Translations under genes and position numbers: made by a program
The notes under the pieces: generated by a model
The model's input: only the letters and a program-made list of their open reading frames with translations
What the model was told of the DNA's origin: nothing
Databases searched by the model: none
Shown here: positions 5,382-10,126 of the stretch, in pieces
Layout: each line of letters begins with the position of its first letter
Position numbering within the stretch: position 1 is the first letter of the stretch
NCBI GenBank assembly: GCA_036351155.1
Contig: JAZBOO010000143.1
Location: 1-10,126 of the forward strand
Direction of reading: 5' to 3'
From: Candidatus Krumholzibacteriia bacterium
Lineage (GTDB): Bacteria > Krumholzibacteriota > Krumholzibacteriia > LZORAL124-64-63
Length of the DNA: 10,126 nt

Positions 5382-7853
5382 ATGCCACGCACTACAGCTC
5401 TCATCATGGTCCTGGCCTGGGTTTTTTTCGGACAGGTGGCCATGGCCGCCCTGACTCCTGCTGAACATCCCCTTTTCGCCGAAGACGCTGTCCATGAAAT
5501 CCACCTGACTTTCGCCCAGGTCGACTGGTATGACCAGCTGACCGACAACTTCGAGAACTATGACGATCCTCCTTACCTGGAGGCCTCGTTTGACTGGGAC
5601 TCCACCCATCTGACTTCCATCGGGGTGCGTTTCAAGGGCAACAGCAGCTACTGGGGCTACTACGGGTTGAAGAAGTCGTTCAAGCTGGACATCGACGAGT
5701 TCGTGCCCGGCCAGGAAATCGACGGCCTGGACAAGCTCAACCTGAACAACTGCTTCCTGGACCCCAGCTATGTGCGCGAGAAAGCCGCCTACGAGCTGTG
5801 CGATGCCCTGGGGATGGCCACCGGGCGCACCAACTACGCGGCGGTGTACATCAACGGGGAGTACTGGGGCCTGTACCTGCTGGTGGAGCAGCAGGACCAG
5901 GAGTTCATCGAGAGCCGCTGGGGATCGGGCGAGGATGGCAACCAGTGGAAGGGTGAGCCCCACGGCTCCATGGAGTACCTGGGCGCCGCCGAGTCGAGCT
6001 ACTACGATGACTACGAACTGAAGACCAACGAGACCGAGAACGACTGGTCAGATCTGGTCGACTTCATCGACCAGCTGAACAACACCTCCCTTGCCGCCCT
6101 GCCCGACAGCATGCACAACCGGCTGGATGTCAACTCGGCCATGGCCATGCTGGCGGTGGACAACTACACGGTCAATCTGGACAGCTACGTGGGCCGCTGC
6201 GCCAACTATTACTTCTACCATCGGGAACTGGATGATCGCTTCGTGTTCACCAAGTGGGACCAGAACGAGTCCTACGGGGTGTTCAACCAGTACAACCTGT
6301 CCACCACGCAGATGCAACAGCTGAGCCCCTACTGGGTCAACCCCCAGTTCGGTGAGGATCGGCCGCTGGCTGAACGGCTGTGGCAGGTTCCGGAATACGA
6401 AGAGGTGTATCTGGGGCACATGAAGAAGTTGATGGCCGGAGCTGCCGCGCCCGCCACCCTGATTGCGCGCATGGAAGAGCTGCGCGATCTGATCCGGCCC
6501 TATGTTTACGACGACCCCAACAGCATGTTCACCTCGAGCCAGTTCGAGTCGTGCATGACCTCGACCGTCTATGCTACTTCCGGGCCAGGCCCGGGCCGTC
6601 CCATCCCTCCCCTGCAAACCTTCTTGACGGCCCGCCATACCTACCTGAGCAACTTGATCGGCACCTGGACCCCCATCGAGGGGCTGGTCATCAACGAGGT
6701 GATGGCCAAGAACTCGTCCACGCTGGCGGATGAAGCGGGGGAATTCGAGGACTGGATCGAGATCGCCAACACCGGCAGCAGCAGCATTGCTTTGGGTGGG
6801 CTGGGATTGACTGACCACTTCGAGGGATCGCCCGACTTTGTTTTCCCGGACGTGACGCTGGCCCCTGGCGAGTACGTGATCGTGTGGGCCGATGAGGATA
6901 CCGATCAGGGTGATCTGCACGCTCCCTTCAAGCTGGATGCCGACGGTGAAGATGTTTATCTGACCGATGGGGGGGTGATCATCGACCAGGTGACATTTCC
7001 GGCATTGGCTGCCGATGCGTCCTGGGGACGCTGGGCCGATGGGACCGGCGAGTGGACCTTGCTGAGCGTGGCCACTCCGGGACTGGAAAACCGGAACCCC
7101 ACGGAACCCGAAACGGTGATCCTGTTCATCAACGAGTTCGTGGCCTTGAACGATGCCGGAATCCAGGACGAGGCCGATCAGTTCGAAGACTGGCTGGAGA
7201 TCTACAACCCGGGCCCCGAGGACGTGGAGATGGGTGGGCTGTTCCTGACCGATGACCTGACCTTGCCGACACAATGGTCTTTCCCCGACACCGTGCTGGC
7301 GGCGGGGGACTTCCTCCTGGTCTGGTGTGACAACGACCCCGAGGACGGCCCCTTGCACGCCACCTTCAAGCTGAGCGGCGGGGGTGAGGACATCGGGCTG
7401 TTCGGTCGGTTAGCTGCTGGGAATGAATTGATCGACAGCTACACCTTCGGTGAACAGGCCAGCAATATCAGCGAAGGACGGGCCACCGATGGCGGCGACA
7501 TCTGGGCCTTCTTCACCGAACCGACTCCGGGGTCTAGCAACAGCGGAACCAGCGATGTCCCCGGGGCACTGGTCAACCAGCTGCGTCTGTTGCCCAGCTA
7601 CCCGAACCCGTTCAATCCCCAGACCAAGCTGTGTTTCGAAATTCCCCAGGGCGGGAGAGTGCGCCTGGACATCTATGACGTCCGCGGCCGGCTGGTCACG
7701 AGGCTCAAGGATGAATCTCTGGCGGCGGGCTACCACGAAGTCAACTGGAACGGGTGCGACGGTGGCGGCCTGTCGGTGTCGTCGGGCGTGTACTTCTCGC
7801 GCCTGTCGTACGGTGGAGAAATTCTGACGGGACGGATGACCCTGGTGCGATAG
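5382..7853 (+). CDS. cotH: Secreted CotH-family kinase with two lamin-tail domains and a C-terminal FlgD-Ig/T9SS-like domain
   Basis: Signal peptide. CotH motifs: GVRFKGNSS, KKSFKLD, LNLNN..DPSYVRE, NGEYWGLY..VEQ, NLDSY...NYYFY, WDQNESYG. LTDs: LVINEV..DWIEI..ATPG..N and LFINEF..DWLEI..PTPG..N. CTD: YPNPFNP..IYDVRGRLV..SGVYF. Confidence 0.92.
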   Translation: MPRTTALIMVLAWVFFGQVAMAALTPAEHPLFAEDAVHEIHLTFAQVDWYDQLTDNFENYDDPPYLEASFDWDSTHLTSIGVRFKGNSSYWGYYGLKKSFKLDIDEFVPGQEIDGLDKLNLNNCFLDPSYVREKAAYELCDALGMATGRTNYAAVYINGEYWGLYLLVEQQDQEFIESRWGSGEDGNQWKGEPHGSMEYLGAAESSYYDDYELKTNETENDWSDLVDFIDQLNNTSLAALPDSMHNRLDVNSAMAMLAVDNYTVNLDSYVGRCANYYFYHRELDDRFVFTKWDQNESYGVFNQYNLSTTQMQQLSPYWVNPQFGEDRPLAERLWQVPEYEEVYLGHMKKLMAGAAAPATLIARMEELRDLIRPYVYDDPNSMFTSSQFESCMTSTVYATSGPGPGRPIPPLQTFLTARHTYLSNLIGTWTPIEGLVINEVMAKNSSTLADEAGEFEDWIEIANTGSSSIALGGLGLTDHFEGSPDFVFPDVTLAPGEYVIVWADEDTDQGDLHAPFKLDADGEDVYLTDGGVIIDQVTFPALAADASWGRWADGTGEWTLLSVATPGLENRNPTEPETVILFINEFVALNDAGIQDEADQFEDWLEIYNPGPEDVEMGGLFLTDDLTLPTQWSFPDTVLAAGDFLLVWCDNDPEDGPLHATFKLSGGGEDIGLFGRLAAGNELIDSYTFGEQASNISEGRATDGGDIWAFFTEPTPGSSNSGTSDVPGALVNQLRLLPSYPNPFNPQTKLCFEIPQGGRVRLDIYDVRGRLVTRLKDESLAAGYHEVNWNGCDGGGLSVSSGVYFSRLSYGGEILTGRMTLVR
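6684..7541 (+). repeat. Tandem duplicated lamin-tail domains within the CotH gene (about 6684-7091 and 7122-7541)
   Basis: Aligned protein repeats INE..A.N....DEA..FEDW.EI.N.G, LTD, FPD..L..G....VW.D.D...G.LHA.FKL...GED, TPG..N. Confidence 0.85.
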
Positions 7854-7953
7854 GGGGGCGGTTAACCTATTGCCGCGGTATGAATTATGATGATGTTCTT
7901 CTTGTCTTTTTTGGCGGTTGTCTTACGCTTGTTGTAGCAGAAAGGCCACCGCC

Positions 7954-8400
7954 ATGAAGACCAATGAGAAGATCGGCATCATCATCTGTGATCGGTACCG
8001 GCAATGTGCCGGCGGCAAGTGTTTCCGTGCGGCCCGGGAGCGTGAGGGGGCTTTTGCCCGGTACGTGGACCAGGACATCGAGATCGTGGGTTTCACCACC
8101 TGCGCGGGGTGTCCCGGGGGCAACGTTGAGTACGCGGTCGATGAAATGCTAGCCAACGGAGCCACGGTCATCCACCTGGCCACGGGCCTGGTGGTGGGGT
8201 ATCCCCCCTGTCCTTACATCGAGTATTTCCACGACTACATCACCACCAGGTATGGCCTCGAGGTGGTGTACGGCACGCATCCCATTCCCGAGAAATACCT
8301 GACGGTTCACCAGAAGCTGGGCACCTGGGATGAATCGCCCTGGGATGTGATCACGGCGCCCACCATGGCCACCGAGGACATCCGACGGGCCTATGACTGA
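7954..8400 (+). CDS. CGGC domain-containing protein (Cys-rich, putative metal/Fe-S binding)
   Basis: Start MKTNEKIGIIIC (AAAGG SD). Motifs CAGGKC, GFTTCAGCPG, IHLATG..YPPCP, GTHPIP. Confidence 0.9.
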   Translation: MKTNEKIGIIICDRYRQCAGGKCFRAAREREGAFARYVDQDIEIVGFTTCAGCPGGNVEYAVDEMLANGATVIHLATGLVVGYPPCPYIEYFHDYITTRYGLEVVYGTHPIPEKYLTVHQKLGTWDESPWDVITAPTMATEDIRRAYD

Positions 8401-9577
8401 TCGGTCGGGGCACAGAGGACCAAATAAGGGGACTTTTCAGACAGGCAAGGTGTCGGCCATCTCCCTGGCTCACCTTTCCCACGATGTGTTTTCCGCCTTC
8501 CTGCCCCCCTTGCTGCCTCTGCTGATCGCCAAGCTGGGCCTGTCCCTCTCGGCGGTGGCGTTGCTGGACATTGCGCGCAAGATTCCGCAGCTCACCAACC
8601 CTCTGATCGGCCTGCTGGCCGACCGGGTGTGCCTGAAGTGGTTCGTCATCCTGGCTCCGGCGGTGACCGCCATGAGCATGAGTTTGCTGGGGGTGGCCCC
8701 GTCGTTTCCCGTGCTCTTTGTTCTGCTGCTGATCAGCGGCTTCAGCGCGGCGGCCTTCCATGTGCCCGGCCCGGTTCTGATCAAGCACTTCGCCGGTGCG
8801 GACAGCGGCCGCGGCATGAGCTTCTACATGTTCGGCGGCGAGATGGCCCGCACGCTGGGCCCGCTGCTGATCACCGCCGCGGTGTCGTGGTGGGGGCTGG
8901 AAGGCTCGTGGCGGGTGCTTCCCCTGGGGCTGGCCGTTTCGCTGATGATGTACTTCCGGCTGCGCGGTCTGGAGCCGATCAAGCGGACCAGGCCGGCCGC
9001 CGGGGAGGTCGACAACCGGCCCCGGGTGCGGGGACTGGGACGGCTATTTACCGGGCTGGCTGGATTTCTGGTGTTCCGGGCCAGCCTCAAGGTGGCTCTG
9101 ACCCTGTTTTTGCCCACCTACCTGACGGGACAGGGCCAGACCTTGTGGATGGCGGGCATCGCCCTCTCCCTGCTCCAGTTTTCCGGCGCCGTGGGGACCC
9201 TGGGCGCAGGTCCGGTGGCTGACCGCTTCGGACACCGCCGGGTCTTGCTGATCATCGCGGTGTTGACGCCCCTGGCCGCCATCGGGCTCACCTTCCTGAC
9301 CGGCGCCTGGACGGTGGTTCTGCTGTTGCTGTCCGGCGTGCTGGTTTTCGCCTCGAGCCCCATCCTGCTGGCCGTGGTCCAGGACACAGGGACGGCCCGC
9401 CCGGCTTTCGTCAACAGCCTGTTCATGACCCTGAGCATCATCATCAGCGGTCTGGCCGCCTTGCTGGTCGGGGTCATGGGAGATCACCTGGGACTGGAGG
9501 CTGTCTACCGGATCACCGCGCTGGGAGCGGTGCTGTCGGTGCCGTTCGTTCTGTTGCTGGGGTCGTCGCGCGGGTGA
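8393..9577 (+). CDS. MFS transporter, Fsr (fosmidomycin resistance)-like
   Basis: 394 aa, about 12 TM helices. AHLSHD..LPPLLP, GLLADR, AAFHVP, GRGMSFYMFGG, ADRFGHRR. ATGACTGA overlap with the CGGC gene. Confidence 0.9.
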   Translation: MTDRSGHRGPNKGTFQTGKVSAISLAHLSHDVFSAFLPPLLPLLIAKLGLSLSAVALLDIARKIPQLTNPLIGLLADRVCLKWFVILAPAVTAMSMSLLGVAPSFPVLFVLLLISGFSAAAFHVPGPVLIKHFAGADSGRGMSFYMFGGEMARTLGPLLITAAVSWWGLEGSWRVLPLGLAVSLMMYFRLRGLEPIKRTRPAAGEVDNRPRVRGLGRLFTGLAGFLVFRASLKVALTLFLPTYLTGQGQTLWMAGIALSLLQFSGAVGTLGAGPVADRFGHRRVLLIIAVLTPLAAIGLTFLTGAWTVVLLLLSGVLVFASSPILLAVVQDTGTARPAFVNSLFMTLSIIISGLAALLVGVMGDHLGLEAVYRITALGAVLSVPFVLLLGSSRG

Positions 9578-9594
9578 CCGCTGGAAACCGAGGC

Positions 9595-9636
9595 TAGACT
9601 TCGATCCACTGTATTCAATATTATCAGAGAATATTG
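9595..9636 (+). promoter_or_regulatory. Candidate sigma70 promoter overlapped by a palindromic operator
   Basis: TAGACT-N18-TATTAT (9595-9624), with the dyad CAATATT-N7-AATATTG (9616-9636) covering the -10. Confidence 0.5.
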
Positions 9637-9662
9637 GTCAGTCCATTGACGGGGGATACTTC

Positions 9663-10126
9663 ATGCTTGAATCAAGATTTCGTCTTTTTGCACTCACCGG
9701 GTTGATTCTGGTCGGCTTGCTTCTCGTTTCCTGCGAGGAGGACGACCCCATCAACTGTCCCACGTTCGATATCGGAGCCATCGAGGGAAGGATCTTGTCG
9801 GCGGGAGAAGGAACGGTGGCTGTCATCGGGGCCCGGGCCATGGAGCCTCCTCGGCGTGGTGAGCTTCTGGCGGTGACGCAGTCCGCGGAGGATGGGAGCT
9901 TCAGTCTGGCTGTTCCCTCGGGGCTTTACCACCTGGAGCTGGATCCCAGTGGGGGTATCGTCATCTCCTCTTTCTCTCGGGACACGGTGCGTGTCGTTTC
10001 TGGAATTGTGGCTCATGACCTGCTGCGCGGAGAAGCGCACATCAGCCTGACGGTTCCCACCGCCTTGAATGGAAAAAGTGTCGATCTCAGAATGGAGGCG
10101 GGTATCTGGGATCAACCCATTGCCGA
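9663..10126 (+). CDS. Lipoprotein, 3'-truncated by the window edge; possible carboxypeptidase-regulatory-like beta domain
   Basis: Hand-translated: MLESRFRLFALTGLILVGLLLVSC-EEDDPINCPTFDIGAIEGRI...TQSAEDGSFSLAVPSGLYHLEL...; no stop before the edge. Lipobox LVSC; GGGGGA SD at 9651-9656. Confidence 0.8.
   Translation, partial: MLESRFRLFALTGLILVGLLLVSCEEDDPINCPTFDIGAIEGRILSAGEGTVAVIGARAMEPPRRGELLAVTQSAEDGSFSLAVPSGLYHLELDPSGGIVISSFSRDTVRVVSGIVAHDLLRGEAHISLTVPTALNGKSVDLRMEAGIWDQPIA

Noticed and set aside
5295..7358. Long antisense ORFs 5295-5963 and 6048-7358
   Set aside because: Codon-bias shadows of cotH with no recognisable domains.
9672..10115. 147-aa minus-strand ORF
   Set aside because: Antisense to the better-supported + strand lipoprotein starting at 9663.
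1..10126. CRISPR arrays, tRNA/rRNA genes, transposases or integrases
   Set aside because: None seen; the intergenic gaps are short and lack such signatures.

Overview
GC-rich bacterial window, gene-dense and almost entirely on the + strand. The FlgD-like 'YPNPFNP...IYDVRGRLV...SGVYF' C-terminal domain suggests an FCB-superphylum lineage such as Krumholzibacteriota, Latescibacterota or Eisenbacteria (inference). Gene order: AzgA/PbuG-type NCS2 purine permease; convergent MliC-like lipoprotein (- strand); membrane polyferredoxin (NapH/MauN-like); half-size TauE/SafE; ECF sigma / zinc-binding anti-sigma / CnrX-ZraP-Spy-like periplasmic protein; secreted CotH kinase-LTD-LTD-FlgD-like protein; CGGC protein; Fsr-like MFS transporter; and a lipoprotein running off the right edge that the ORF track missed. 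The main find is an identical bipartite motif, CCGAAAGGA-N13-GCGTTGGG, with ECF -35/-10 geometry. It lies directly upstream of both the sigma gene and the CotH gene. This points to an autoregulated three-component ECF system whose direct output is a secreted CotH-family kinase.
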